Counted from the stretch's first letter, positions 11,049 to 23,790 are shown. The stretch is DNA of 64,000 nucleotides from Antedon mediterranea (GCF_964355755.1 NC_092674.1:20522001-20586000); one strand, 5' to 3'. Program-made: numbers and translations. Notes: a model not told the origin generated them from the letters alone.

Positions 11049-13444
11049 ATGGAAAAGGTTCCAACGAACCGTGGTAAGTAGAGAAATCATTTAGAAACTT
11101 TGTATATAAAATAAAAATAATAGTTGAAATGATTGAGATTTTTTTTGGACATGATGATACATTTTTTCTTTATTCACCTATTAAGATAGACCTATATTAA
11201 TTTTGTGTGGCCATAAGATAAATTGTCTAGCTAGCTCTACGGTGTACTATATCCTTTTTAAATATTTGCAGACATAATTGTCAACGAAACGTTCGGGCCT
11301 GTCATCCAAGGACTTAAACCAATATCCAGATTCCGTGGGAAGACAAAGGCACAAGGAGACGATGCTACGAAGACCAGCATCAATGATTTGGCAGTCAAGC
11401 CAAAGGTTGAACGTCCTAGAAACAGGATTAAGCCACCAGTTGCACCAAAACCAGCAAAGAAAAGTGTAAAAAAGATGGCGCATTCAATCCAAGGTGATGA
11501 CAATATTGTAAACGAGAACACGTTGAAAAAGCCACCCAAAATCTTCGGCTGGGCGAAACTCCTTGACAACACCAAAACAAAAGGTGCATCTGTGAAAAAT
11601 ATGACACAGAACTTTATGCAGGACAACAATAGACAGGTACTGTACGGACATACAATAGTGCCATATTTTAATTTTTTCTGTTATTCAAAGGATTTAGTAC
11701 ATCTCTCACAATCAACATGATTTTCTCAACTGGTGACCAGATCATAACGTTTATTTTTGAATGCCTCATTTGACTGTTTTATCAATTTTATATTCATTTT
11801 ACAAGTAATTTTACATAGAATAATGTAATTCAATTGTTGTGTGGTAAACAATTAACGATACTTTCCTAAGAAGAACATGGACATGTTTCAGTACTAAGCC
11901 ACCAGTTGCACCAAAACCAGTACTGTAAGCTGATTTTATTATTCATCGTTTAATTTTACAGGCTTCTCGTGTTGAAGACATCCCAGCTACAGGAAAATCA
12001 ACTCGAAATATGATAGATAGTTTTGAAAGTTTTGTTGAGAAAAAGGTTAAAGATATGCCGAAGAAGTTAAAACCATCAGTTGCTGGTGATGGGAGTGATG
12101 ATGAGGATGAGAGCGATGATGATGATGAAATATTTTATGATGCACTTTCAGGTACTTAGTACAATCAATCTAATTATTTCTCTTATTTTCTCTTTTTTAA
12201 AAAACTGAAATAATGTACAAAATGTCACACATGTTTGCATTTTACAGACTTGAATGACATTATTGATGAACATCAATGCATCAGGGGTTCTGAAGATATT
12301 AAAAATCATGTGCAAGAAGATTTAGAAAGTACAAGAAAGGTCAGTGAACTGGATGTTAGCACCAAGGCAGCAGCCATTGAAGTCTTTAACAATAGCATGC
12401 TTCTTGACGATAGTACCCCAGATGCGGGCCCAGATGTTGTCATGGTCAATAAAAAAGCGAAGGATTACATTGGAGATGTTGTCCCCCCGGTTGTCCCCAA
12501 TAGCCTTGCCATCATCAATAGGGACCAAGTTAGCAAAGTCGTCCCAAAAAATGGTGTAATCTCAGAAAAAATCACCACTTCCAATGATATCACCAATTGC
12601 AGTGACAAAAATGCAGTGGATGAGTACATCGCCGGCATTACCTCAACCAGCATGAAGACTGTCGATGTAACCAACGCCTTGATTGAAAACACCCTATCTG
12701 AAATTGATATTGACGACACGTTCAACGACAAGATTGACAGCAATTTCTCTGATGCCAAGATTAAATACACCGCCTCAAACGCCAATATTGACGAAACTGC
12801 ATCTGATGCCAAGATTAATGACCCCCTCACCGATTGCAAGATTGACAACACCATCCTTGATTTTGAAATTGACGACATCATCCCTGATGTTGAGATTGAC
12901 ATCAATGCAGTCAGACAGTATGTCTCAGAAATTATTCGCTACAGCCATTATGTCGTCTCCATTGACAAGGCAGATGAGAAGGATAGTAAGACTTTCGAAG
13001 ATGCCGTTCCAAGCTGCAAGTCATGCGAAGGTGATTTATTTTATTATATAAAAATAAACATGAATTTGATTATGTTTTTTTATTTACTAATACCAATAGT
13101 GCTATATTATTAAAAACAAAATGAAGACATTGTAATAATTCCTTACAGACAATTTGGCTGGTGATGTCCCTGCTAACCAGAATTCTACAGATTTACCACA
13201 AGCAGGAATTTTCAGACGGCTTTTTTGCAGACTTCGACGAGGCATCCGTAATATCGGTCACCACAGAACACTGACTGAAATTCAGGATGCTACCGGTGAA
13301 GATAACGACAGCACAGATTTCAGTGCCAATGACACCAGCAAGGCTAGCAATCGCAGTGATATTGTAGCAAATGATGAAGAAGACACAGTTGACAATACTT
13401 CACGCCACAGGTTCCTCTCTGCATTGTTATGCTACAAACACTAA
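11049..13444 (+). CDS. Uncharacterised 552-aa disordered acidic protein with FFAT-like motif (gene X)
   Basis: Five GT-AG exons, 11049-11073, 11272-11636, 11962-12151, 12248-13030 and 13149-13444, total 1659 nt; phases are compatible and there are no stops. Motifs: KPPVAPKP, DDEDESDDDDEIFYDALSD, DxKID-type repeats, basic GIFRRLFCRLRR. Confidence 0.8.
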
Positions 13445-13689
13445 TCAACGTTCAATATAATACAGAATCAACTACTTATCGATATTACTGCAAAACCATT
13501 GGAGTTCATAACTGTATATTATATTTCATAACCAGAATGATACATATTATGTCTCATATTATATCAAATGCTTAAATATAAGATTTCAAAGATTTTCAAA
13601 ATATTGTATTTGCGTTTATTACTGGCCTTTGTGTTCATTCACATCTGGGACTTTCACCAGTTTATATGCTCTGGTTGATTATGAACATG

Positions 13690-13745
13690 ATGATAATAAT
13701 GATAATGATTATTATTATTATTATTATTATTATAATTATTATAAT
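13690..13745. repeat. (AAT/GAT)/(ATT)n microsatellite in the probable 3' UTR of gene X
   Basis: Direct reading. Confidence 0.8.
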
Positions 13746-13879
13746 GACTAATAATTATGATACACACATTATATCTAGAAATATAGATGACAATGTTGCA
13801 ACAGAAAATGACAAATAATAAATCTAACAATAACTCAATAAATAGATTAATTTTTCTTTAAACAAAATCAAAGGATGTA

Positions 13880-14170
13880 TTAAATGTTGAAAAGATGCGT
13901 TTTAAGTTCTTTTTAAAAAGTAGCAATATATTGATTTGGAGAGAATTTCAAAGAGAAGTAGCAGAGAACAATACGACCTTTGTCCATAGGAGGAATGTTT
14001 AGAACAACCAGTAGGTTTTGATCAGCCGATCAAAGACAAGCAAGAGGCGTGTAGGAGGGAAGAAGATCAAGAAATAAGTAGGTTGTTTAAAAATTAGGGC
14101 TTTAAATGTTAGTAAAAGGATCTTTTATTTTATACGGGTAGCCAATGGATGTTATATATAATATGGTGAG
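13880..14170 (-). mobile_element. Old L2 LINE 3' remnant (inverted paralog at ~56900-57200)
   Basis: Minus strand reads HWLPV...LLTFKAL; present in both duplication arms. Confidence 0.6.
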
Positions 14171-15439
14171 AGGATGCATCCTCTTACCTAGTGTTTTTGA
14201 TGTTGGAATGTATGTGGCATCGTAGTTTAGTCTAATAGTGCATCTATCTATCTGTCTGACGGCTTAGTTTTATCAACGATGAACTTGTCTTGATGAAAAA
14301 CAAGAATAATAAAACTCGTTCTAAATATTAAGAATCTAACCCTTTAAATAATCTCTCTCAAACTAAAAAAAAATTTTTTTCCTCAAATTATTAAGTAGGC
14401 CATAGCCTCAATACAAGCCCACTGAGCCAATCCAATTGGGTTTTACTGTACTTTGTATATGAATGAATAAAACATACATTATACGTAGGCCTAAGCATTC
14501 TAACCGACCAAGCAGAACAGGGTTGACATCTTTTCTTGAATTTGAACTTTGTTTGAGTGACATTTCCGAGCATCCCAATGCTTCCGAAGACGTTGCTTTC
14601 GAAGACATGTCGAAGATGACGTTCTTTGTGACTGTTTTGTATGTTTTGCAGCGTTTCCAACCCTCTTGAAACCATTCTAAGGCGTTCCATGTGATACAAT
14701 ATCAAAATGTTGGCTATATAAAATACACATGGGGCATTTTAGCTTATTACTTGATTTCTCACTACGAAAGTATTGAGTTTGTTCCGTAAAAGCTTTAGTC
14801 GTGTCTAGCTTTAGATTTAGTCGGGTACATTGCGTCCAGAAGAGCTTGGACCAGTTAGATCGAGTTCACAAAATGTCAAAATTGTCAGTCGTAGATAATA
14901 GCTTTTCGCTTGATAGGCCTATAGCTTCTGAATGAGTCCTCTCTGGGGAGATATAGCTGTCTAAAGCCGCGGCGCGAAAACAAAATGTTTAATTTGTTAT
15001 GGTTGGACACACACTACAATGTTTGTACACATTTTGATTCATGGGTGAGATGTGGTGAAATTAAACGTGTTTTGGAGGGGGTAACTTTAAAAGGGGGCTG
15101 ACATGACCATTCCGACCTGATATTTTGTCAGTTTTTTTTGTTTGTTATGTCCTCACACACCAATTTTGGTCCATGGGTGAGATGGTTTTATTTGGAAGGG
15201 GGTGGGAGGTGTTTTAACCAATGCCATTGGACCTTACTTTCTCTATAGGCGGTGACATTTTGATTTATTAGGCTAAGTACAGTTAGTATTAGTTTTGGTA
15301 GGAGCATGGAGGTATAACATTATTTTATACCTCCATGGTAGGAGCTTACATATAAAAAGTATTAAATGTTTTATCAGCTTCAAAAATGTACCGTAACCCA
15401 GCTGAGTAAGCATACAGACGTACTTAGCACTAACATTAA

Positions 15440-16820
15440 AGTGGAGCTACACTCAGACTTTCTCAGCTTATATTATGTTTAAGTATGTTTAATTGAAAGT
15501 GATTACATAAAAAAAAACAGGAAAAATACGGAAATATTTTCCAAAAACTCATTTCTAAAAAATTGGTCAGAAAATAGTGTTTTTTAACACATTACAGTTT
15601 TTCAGTAACTTAGGGGTTATTAGTTTACAATACGTCGCAAAACGCGTTACACTTAGCGACTGACGCGTTTTAGTCGCCGGTCAACGCATTGATGAAATGT
15701 CTCCCCTTTGGTAAATTATGTGTCGAAAAATGGGGAATAAATTTTATACACACAATTAGTTAATACGATTTGTTTAGGCCTAAGTAATATTTCTGATAAG
15801 AATGTCAGTATAATTTACATGTAACCTCATGATTTTCACTGTACAACAACAGCATAATAATCTTATCAGATTGCTTTTAACTTTAAGCTAGGGCTAGGCC
15901 TAGCTCAGCGTCTGCTCAGCCTAGCTAGCCTTGAATTTTTGTCTATAGGCCTATGTATTCATAGGCATGGTCGTTTCGCCCCATTTATCGTTCCTGGGTT
16001 TTCTCGCACATTAAGAATTGTGAAACACAAAATCCTATAGTATACAAAACAAGAGTAGTAAAGCGATGTGCAAGCTTAGACCTGACTGAAAAGCAACTAT
16101 TCAGGCACCCTATCATGGCCCATGGGTAGGCCAAGGTCGGGTGCCAGCAAAACAAACTTCACTGCTGTCAGCCTAGCCTAGCTAGAGGCCACGCAGCATC
16201 GGTACATACCTACACTCTAGTAGGCCTAGGCCTAGCTTTATTGAATATATAGCCACGTCTTTCTCAAATCTCGTTAAATTTGACATTTTAGTAATAGTCT
16301 CATAATCACATTATTACACTGTGAAACATAATAGGGTCACATTCAGAATGTTTTAATATACTTTTCGCCCGTCAAAAATAACATCGCGACAAAATAACAG
16401 ATCGCCAGCTGCAGTGTAGTGTGATTGTGAAAAATGTCACGTGATCGTATTCCCTAGCAAAATAAAAAACCCAATTGGACCCGAACGGGGGAAAGTGTCT
16501 ATTTACGCAAAATTGCGCAATGTATACGTGATAAAAATACCAGAAATAGAAAGATCTGGAAAAATTACATAAATATTCATTTTACATTTTTTTTTTGGTG
16601 AAGAAATGAATTTTTTAGGATTATTCAAATATACCCCCCTTTTGCATGTAAAAGAATAGGAAATTACAAGGTATCCCCCCAAAACGCAAAAAGGCGTGAT
16701 TTTCAAGAAAATCGTACTCATTGAAAAAAATTTCAAAAAAATATGAAGTATAAGCGATGATATTTTTAAATAATAGTTGAAATGTATGAAAAATAGTAAT
16801 TTTCTGGGTGGAGCTCCACT
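15440..16820. mobile_element. Non-autonomous Kolobok-like DNA transposon
   Basis: TTAA on both sides; imperfect 18-bp TIR AGTGGAGCTACACTCAGA / AGTGGAGCTCCACCCAGA beginning AG. Confidence 0.75.
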
Positions 16821-19369
16821 TTAAGGTAGTTGTTCATAGTAGGCCTATTCATGTAAAAATAATAGTGATTAATATAAATAGAAACACTTATTTTGTTATG
16901 GTACGTTGTCTATGTGACTACCTCTATCACAAAGTAAATTTGGTGGAACATCACGCGCTGCATTATATCGTTCAGAAATCTTGAGGGAAGCTCGACCTGA
17001 TCTGCCGACTGGTGGCCACAGAGACAAAACCAAACAGTGCATTTCTGTAAAGGTTTTTATTGCGGGTCAGGGCAAACAATGGGTAGGTATTTTAAAGTAA
17101 GGAAATATATAACATTATTAAATTATTACTAAGGTTTTTTTAGCTCATCTAAAGATCGGTAAAATTATGAATCAATGTTTTGTTTTATATGTATTTATGT
17201 CCACAACCTTTTATGAATCAGATAAAGATATGTGAGAAATGCCAGATAATATGAAAAAAAAAATAAATCTGTGATTATAAACACGTTCAACCTATTGAGG
17301 TACGTCACGGTATAAGGTAACCCTAAAGTATGATTTTGTTTTAGAAACAGGCCTACATTTGCATCGTTTACATTACATAACATTTTTTAACATTTTGTAT
17401 TTGAAACTTTTGTAAATATTAATTTTCTGTAAGGTTACCGGTCCTTTTGAAACTTTAATAGGTATCGACTTAACAGATGGTGAACAAAATATTACTTCAC
17501 AAAAATAATGTGGAGCCATATGGACATGATTCAGTATTATGCGACATGTGTTTTTGGTCACAATAGAATAACACCTTATTTACAAATGGTTTAATCCCTT
17601 TTTTAAAATATCCCCATGGCAACGGGACCTTGGAGGAGCTTTGAGGCTAATCATCTTGGTTGGTTACACATTCCAAGATTCGGAAGAGAAGCAACAATTA
17701 CGTAGTACTGTACTGTATTCATCCTAAATACATCTTGAATAATACACTCTTTTAAAAAAAATATTTTATAGAATTCTAGCTACCAGTAGGGTGAGTAAAT
17801 TATCTCATTCATATTTTAATTATTTTAATCATAGTTATGGGTTGGGATAGCAAATAGGTTTGTTACTATAGTGTTTTATTATTTGTGGCTGATCTAAGAA
17901 TATCAGAGAATTAGTGCACTTGTTATAGTCTCTGATGGCAGAATGTAAATCATCTTAGTAAATGTGTTAATGAAGAGTGTTCATTAATCAATATTTTATA
18001 TTACGTGTACTTCTTATTACTTATTATTAATTGATTCGTGGTAATAATGCCTAGGCCTAATTGATACAATGCTTTATGATTATCAATTAAATTAATGTTA
18101 GAGATCTTTGAATGTAATTAGTACAGTAGTTATAGCTATGTTAACTTTAGTCCACCCAATGCACATATTGTACAGCCAGTGATGACCTTGTGGTATTTAT
18201 TGATTTATAGCCTATATCCGTATCCGGACAACTACCCCCTGGACAATTACCACCCGGACAACTACCACCCGGACAATGACCCCCCCCCCCCCTAGGACAA
18301 CTACCACCCGGACAATTACCCCCTAGGACAACTACCCTCTAGGACAACTACCCCATTAGGACAACTCCCACTCGGACAACTACCCCCTTAGGACAACTAC
18401 CCCCTAGGACAACTACCCCCTAGGACAACTACCACCTAGAACAACAACCCCCTATGACAACTACCCACCTAGGACAACTACCCCCTAGGACAACTGCTAT
18501 GTCCCTAGGACAACAACACCCTCTGAACGACCACACCTATATCATGACACCTACACCTTTCTGTAGGTTACAATATTACGATCTTGTAAAACTTACTGAA
18601 CTCCAGTCAATCAAACATTCTTTCATTTAAGATCAATCTCTCTCCTTATGTTTTGGAAGTTCAGTAAATTTTACAAGATCGTAATGATTAAACCTAAGGT
18701 GTAGGTGTGGTTGTTCAGAGAGTGTTGTTGTTATAGAGGGGTAGTTGTCATAGGTGCATAGCAATTGGACTAGAGGGTAGTTGTAAGATAGTGGGACTGG
18801 AGCAGCCCCTTAATATCGATAAAATTGACCCGATTTTGTTCTCTCTTTTCTTTTTCAAAACAAATGTTTTAACGTAAGAGCTTATGTTATGCTGTTTAAT
18901 GACATTACACGTTTACTACTACAAGTCCAGTAATAATGGAATATTGGTTTGGCTGTTACTACTTCATAGAAGAACTTTAACTGATTTGTTTTTTACATTT
19001 TCTCCCCACTCCACAATAGGATAACAAACGTTTCTAGATCCTAAAGAATAATAAATTATATCCATGATGTTGTTATGACTTAAACATTTCTACTTATATT
19101 TTATTACAATTCGTACTCTACAGCAAGAACCTCCTAATTTTACTTTAGATTTAAAACAAATCTACACTAATCAATTGATTACATTAGACGATTTGAAAAT
19201 CGATCTCTCTCCCCCGACAGGTTCATACATTTCTTAGTATTCATATTATGAAAACATAGCTAACTGCGCCAATTGGGGAAATCGTTTTTCATAGTTTGTC
19301 CTAGAAGTTTAAAAAAAATAAATATCGCTACACAGTAATTATTACAAAATAGACTACAAATCTTATGTA

Positions 19370-19802
19370 TGTAGCAGGTCACTCACTCTCCTGGAATTCA
19401 TGTGGTTTTCCATACTTAACTAATGTAGACTATAGACCTGGGCTGTAACCACTAAGGTGTCAACTCCTAATAATTAATTGCCTTATTCTATGGAATTGGT
19501 AATAACTTACTAATGATTACTTGGGTGTGATCTTAATAGATATACCAGCTCTTGGGAGGGGACAAGGAGGGTCACTGAACTGATAAGTCACCTCACTGGG
19601 CTACTCCTTAATAGTCATGTATGTTCTGTAATTAACACTTCTTGTAGATTAACACAATTTGGAAATAACTTGAACCGATAGCTACAACTTAATCACTCTC
19701 TGTGTACCTGTATATAGTGTAAATAAAGTACCATTGAGAGAATATAACAACAGTCTGTGTCATTTATATAAAGAGTGCTACAAATTGGAGGTTCTACCGA
19801 GA
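19370..19802 (+). mobile_element. Gypsy 5' LTR (19370-19782) and tRNA-Gln primer-binding site (19786-19802)
   Basis: TGTAGCA...TGCTACA ends and AATAAA near 19722. TGGAGGTTCTACCGAGA is complementary (1 mismatch) to the eukaryotic tRNA-Gln 3' end. Confidence 0.8.
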
Positions 19803-19890
19803 CATTGACACAGCAGATTTTTAATTTTGTTTCTTTAATTGTACGGACAAGTTTATTTTTTTAATTCATTATACGGAAAATAGCGATAGA

Positions 19891-20595
19891 ATGGATTACA
19901 CAATTGTAGACATGGTCAACGATACTTCTTCTTCATCACATTTTGAACGGACTCCATCACATTCAACACCACGAAGGGTAAGCGAACGTCATAATAATAT
20001 TTCAAATGTATATACTCCAATTCAGCGGAATAATGTGGGTGCTGGGTATATGCCATACAACCCAGTGCATCAACTGAAAAGTGTTCCAATATTCACAGGA
20101 ACAACAGGGGGTATATTAATAGAGGACTGGGTTCGAGATATGGAGTATTTACTATCAGCTAGTACCATGCCAGTGACATTACAATTTGCAACAATTGTAA
20201 GGAACTTAGGGGGCTCAGCAAGAAAATTGGTTTTGAACATCCCAGTAGAATGGCAAAATCCCCAGACAGCATTTGCCGAATTTAAACAGCAGTTTGGCGA
20301 TATTTGCAGTGGGGACCCACTCGCTAATTTCTATGCTCGGTTCCAAGGACCTAATGAAGGCGGATCCATATTCGCAATTGAATTGGATTCCAAATTGAGG
20401 CGAGCCGAAACCATCATGGGCAGAGGTCCAATGCCAGACAGGGACCGAATTTTAATAAACCAGTTTTTGCGAGGCATAGTCAACATTGAACTTCGCAATA
20501 GAATTGCGCCGATGAGACCTATGTTAACGACATTCCGTCATCTAATTGGTGAGGTTCGGGTATTTGAGAAAGAAAGTACAACACCGATATTTTAA
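19891..20595 (+). CDS. Ty3/Gypsy gag capsid (PNMA-like), 3'-truncated retroelement ORF
   Basis: PIFTG...IEDWVRDM, NLGGSARKLV, FYARFQGPNE...FAIEL (major-homology-like), LINQFLRGI. No zinc knuckle or pol follows. Confidence 0.85.
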   Translation: MDYTIVDMVNDTSSSSHFERTPSHSTPRRVSERHNNISNVYTPIQRNNVGAGYMPYNPVHQLKSVPIFTGTTGGILIEDWVRDMEYLLSASTMPVTLQFATIVRNLGGSARKLVLNIPVEWQNPQTAFAEFKQQFGDICSGDPLANFYARFQGPNEGGSIFAIELDSKLRRAETIMGRGPMPDRDRILINQFLRGIVNIELRNRIAPMRPMLTTFRHLIGEVRVFEKESTTPIF

Positions 20596-21439
20596 TAATT
20601 TCACGTCAAATATTGTTAAATTGTGGTACAACACCCTCGTAGTCCCCTCTGCACACACAACTTGATTTTACAATACAATTGGCACCAAAGAAGCAGCTTG
20701 TTAATTTGGTTACTAATTGTAATTGTCCAAAGCTGTAGTTGTCCTATGGGCCAATTGTAATTTTCCTAGTGGGTAGCTAGAGGGTAGTTTTCCTAGGGGG
20801 TAATTTTCCTAGGGGGTAATTGTCCTAGAGGGTAGTTGTCCTAGGGGGTAGTTGTCCTAGAGGGTAGTTGTCCTAGGGCGTAGTTGTCCTAGGGGGTAAT
20901 TGTCCTAGGGGTAGTTGTCCTAAGAGGGTAGTTGTCCGGGGGGTAGTTGTCCTAGGAGGGTGGTTGTCCAGGGGGTTATTTTCTGGGTGGTAGTTGTCCG
21001 GTTGGTAGTTGTCCAGGGGGTTTGTTGTCCTAGACCTTTATAATATGTTGCACTGTTAAAGTGTAGGCTGAATATAAGCTTGTCAAAAGTAGTGACTCTA
21101 TAATCTTAATTGAATTGTTTGTTTTCATAATTTTATTTTGTGTTTAATATAATATTTCGGTATGTTTTCTGATTGTTTACAATTAATGGGTACTCCCAAC
21201 TGTTAACGATTATTATAGATCGTGATTAAATACAAATAGTATAATGTTTAGCATTTCGATTGTTATTTACATCTTTGCTATACCGACTTTATTCTTTAAC
21301 ACAGGGTTTGTATTCCTCGTTGTTCATGTACTAAAAGAACCAGACACCATTCACTTGTCCTGTTTTGTGTGTCACAATTGGATTTATGAAGATAGTATGA
21401 AATATATAATTTGGTGTGTATGATAAACAAACGGTTGTA

Positions 21440-22440
21440 TGATATCCTGGGTATCGAGCACAAGAAGACAACAGCCTATCACCCGCAGATAAACAACAAA
21501 ATAAAACACTAAGTAAAAAACACATTTTTATAGCAAAGATTGTAATCCATAACTTAAGATGTATTTACACTCTAAGCCACAATGTAATTTTTATTATCTA
21601 TTTCAGATGTTTGAGAAGACAAGACAATTTGAAGGCATATCTAGATGCGGCCGTATTTGCTTTTAATACTAAAATTCAAATGACGACAAAATATTCATCC
21701 TTTTTACTGTATCAACGAGAACCCCAAAAACCTGCCGAATATACCGACAAAATCCTGTTTTGGGTAAGTAGGTCCTATTTTGGTCTTAAAATTACACTTG
21801 TGCATTTATACGTCAGTTACACATCTTTTTATTATAATGTCATCTTTTTCCATATTTATACAGCTATCAGACATACCAAAAACGTCAATGCCGACGGAAA
21901 AAAAACAGGCAGCAAAAAAAGCAACGGTACAAACAACAAAAGACCAAGTTTTAAAGAACATCAAACCAAAACAATCGGCGCAAGTGAGGAAGAGTGGAGG
22001 GAAATTGTATGCACGCTGATTATAACCGGAATAAAAGTGCTCGTGCGCAATCAAAGGAAATGGAACATTAAAGGAGAAAATGTGGGTTCTTACTTTACAG
22101 GACCCTTCACAGTTTTAGAGGTTAATGGGAAAGTCCTAACGTTAATGGGAAAGTCCTGACGTTAATGGGAAAGTCCTGACGTTAATGGGAAAGTCCTGAC
22201 GTTAATGGGAAAGTCCTAACGTTAATGGGAATGTCCTGACGTTAATGGGAAAGTCCTGACGTTAATGGGAAAGTCCTGACGTTAATGGGAAAGTCCTAAC
22301 GTTAATGAGAAAGTCCTGACGTTAATGGGAAAGTCCTGACGTTAATGGGAAAGTCCTGACGTTAATGGGAAAGTCCTGACCGTAAAAGATGGGAAGAGAA
22401 TCAGAGTCGTAAATGTAGACTTTGCCAAAATTGTCAAAGA
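21440..22440 (+). mobile_element. Decayed Gypsy-type integrase with apparent introns (Ginger-like DNA transposon relic)
   Basis: LGIEHKKTTAYHPQ, YLDAAVFAFNTKIQ.TTKYS, VLKNIK..Q and FTGPFTV (GPY/F) blocks, separated by GTAA...TTTCAG and GTAAGT...TATACAG spacers. Confidence 0.65.
22121..22380. repeat. 20-bp minisatellite GTTAATGGGAAAGTCCTRAC x13
   Basis: 13 head-to-tail copies with no spacers, inside the integrase C-terminal coding region. Confidence 0.95.
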
Positions 22441-22861
22441 AAGTAAATAATGTCCACCACATCAACGCGATTACCTTACCGTATAGTTGGATAACTTCAA
22501 ATTCAAAATTTCTCATTTCCTTACGGCTAAAATGTTAACATCATGTCTGCTTTATTTTTTAGTAGATACAAAAGTAGTTATTAGTAAAATGCAATGCAAG
22601 CACGCGAGGTCATTTATATTTACGCACGCATGATGTAAAAGTGGTTACAAAGGTTGTAAAATCGTGGGTAAATATACATTCCGGATCATACTACACGGAA
22701 ACAACAGTGAGCTCATAAACAAACCGCATTTCGCCGACAGTTCAGTTATCATTTTTGGTAGAATTTATAACAGTTATAATTTTAAGAAATATTAGGCTAT
22801 TTTTTGATTGATAAGGAAGCTAACTAAGTAAGTTAGTTGAATTACTGGAAGCCCTACCATA

Positions 22862-23790
22862 ATGAAGAGCGCAACAAAGCATCATCTGTTATGTGTAGTA
22901 TTTATAGGTAAGTAGCCATAAATTATAATTTTGATCCACACCCAAGATAGAAACAGGATGTAGCGTGATAGACCTATCAAATCTCATTCAATAATGCTGT
23001 GTACAGTTACTTAGCCCTACTGTAACCTGAGTTAAGCCAATTACTCGATCACATACACTTTACACGCACCAACAAGTCATGATTAATTCTAGGGAATATT
23101 GTGAGACTAACTACAGGTTTTGTAAATACGTCTATGAAGAAAATTAAAGTAATTTTAATTACAAATTTATTTTAATTAAAATTGGGTTTAGATAGATCAC
23201 TAGGTATACATAGAAAAATTATTATTTAACGGCGACAATGTAGGCCTATATGCTTAAAGATGTGTTTTTACAACAATTAATAAAGATGAATAAATTCAAA
23301 CCTTGAATATACTAGTTTGTGATTTTAATAAAGTTATTCAATTTTTCCGAAACAAAGATGACAAATGATTCAAATATAAAGATAAAAAAATAAACCGTTA
23401 CCTTAACTAGAAACTCAGTAAATTTGAAACCGTGCTTCCGATTGACTATTTTTTTCTTTAGTTTTTATTTCCATCCAATGGTCAAAAGTTCATTCTTCCC
23501 TGATTAAACAAACAAAACAATATATTTTAAAAATGTATACAGTATCTATCTTTAGAGATAGACCTACATTTCTAGCATTAAATATGGTTCGAAGTGATTT
23601 CACAAAATGATTGGCATCAGTATTAACAAATAATGAATGTAAATATATATCTACAGCAGTAGGCCTATCGTTTCTGCCAATGGTTGAGGGAACGGCACCT
23701 GCAGAATGGTTAGTAAAAGACAGCAACGGTTACCTGTGCATGAAGATGAAAATGGCAGCCACTATTACTGTACCTGATGAAGTATATGGG
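22862..23790 (+). pseudogene. LAMP-like gene C: 5' fragment (exons 1-2), inverted duplicate of gene D
   Basis: Exons 22862-22907 and 23657-23790 give MKSATKHHLLCVVFIAVGLSFLPMVEG-TAPAEWLVKDSNGYLCMKMKMAATITV. Homology to gene D ends at 23987; no + strand exons 3-5 seen downstream. Confidence 0.7.

Larger units (their letters stand above)
18219..21036. mobile_element. Mutator/foldback-like element with inverted GGACAACTACCCCC arrays enclosing an LTR-gag fragment
   Basis: Starts CGTATCCGGACA and ends GTCCTAGACC like the TSD-bearing copies at 44848 and 59354. 14-15-bp repeat arrays at 18225-18520 (forward) and 20740-21035 (reverse). No TSD found. Confidence 0.65.

Noticed and set aside
12322-13051. 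Overlapping alternative-frame and antisense ORFs in gene X exon 4 (and 58027-58847)
   Set aside because: Shadow ORFs of low-complexity coding sequence; no independent splice or start support.
22121-22380. CRISPR-like repeat array
   Set aside because: Units are head-to-tail with no spacers, there are no cas genes, and the context is eukaryotic.
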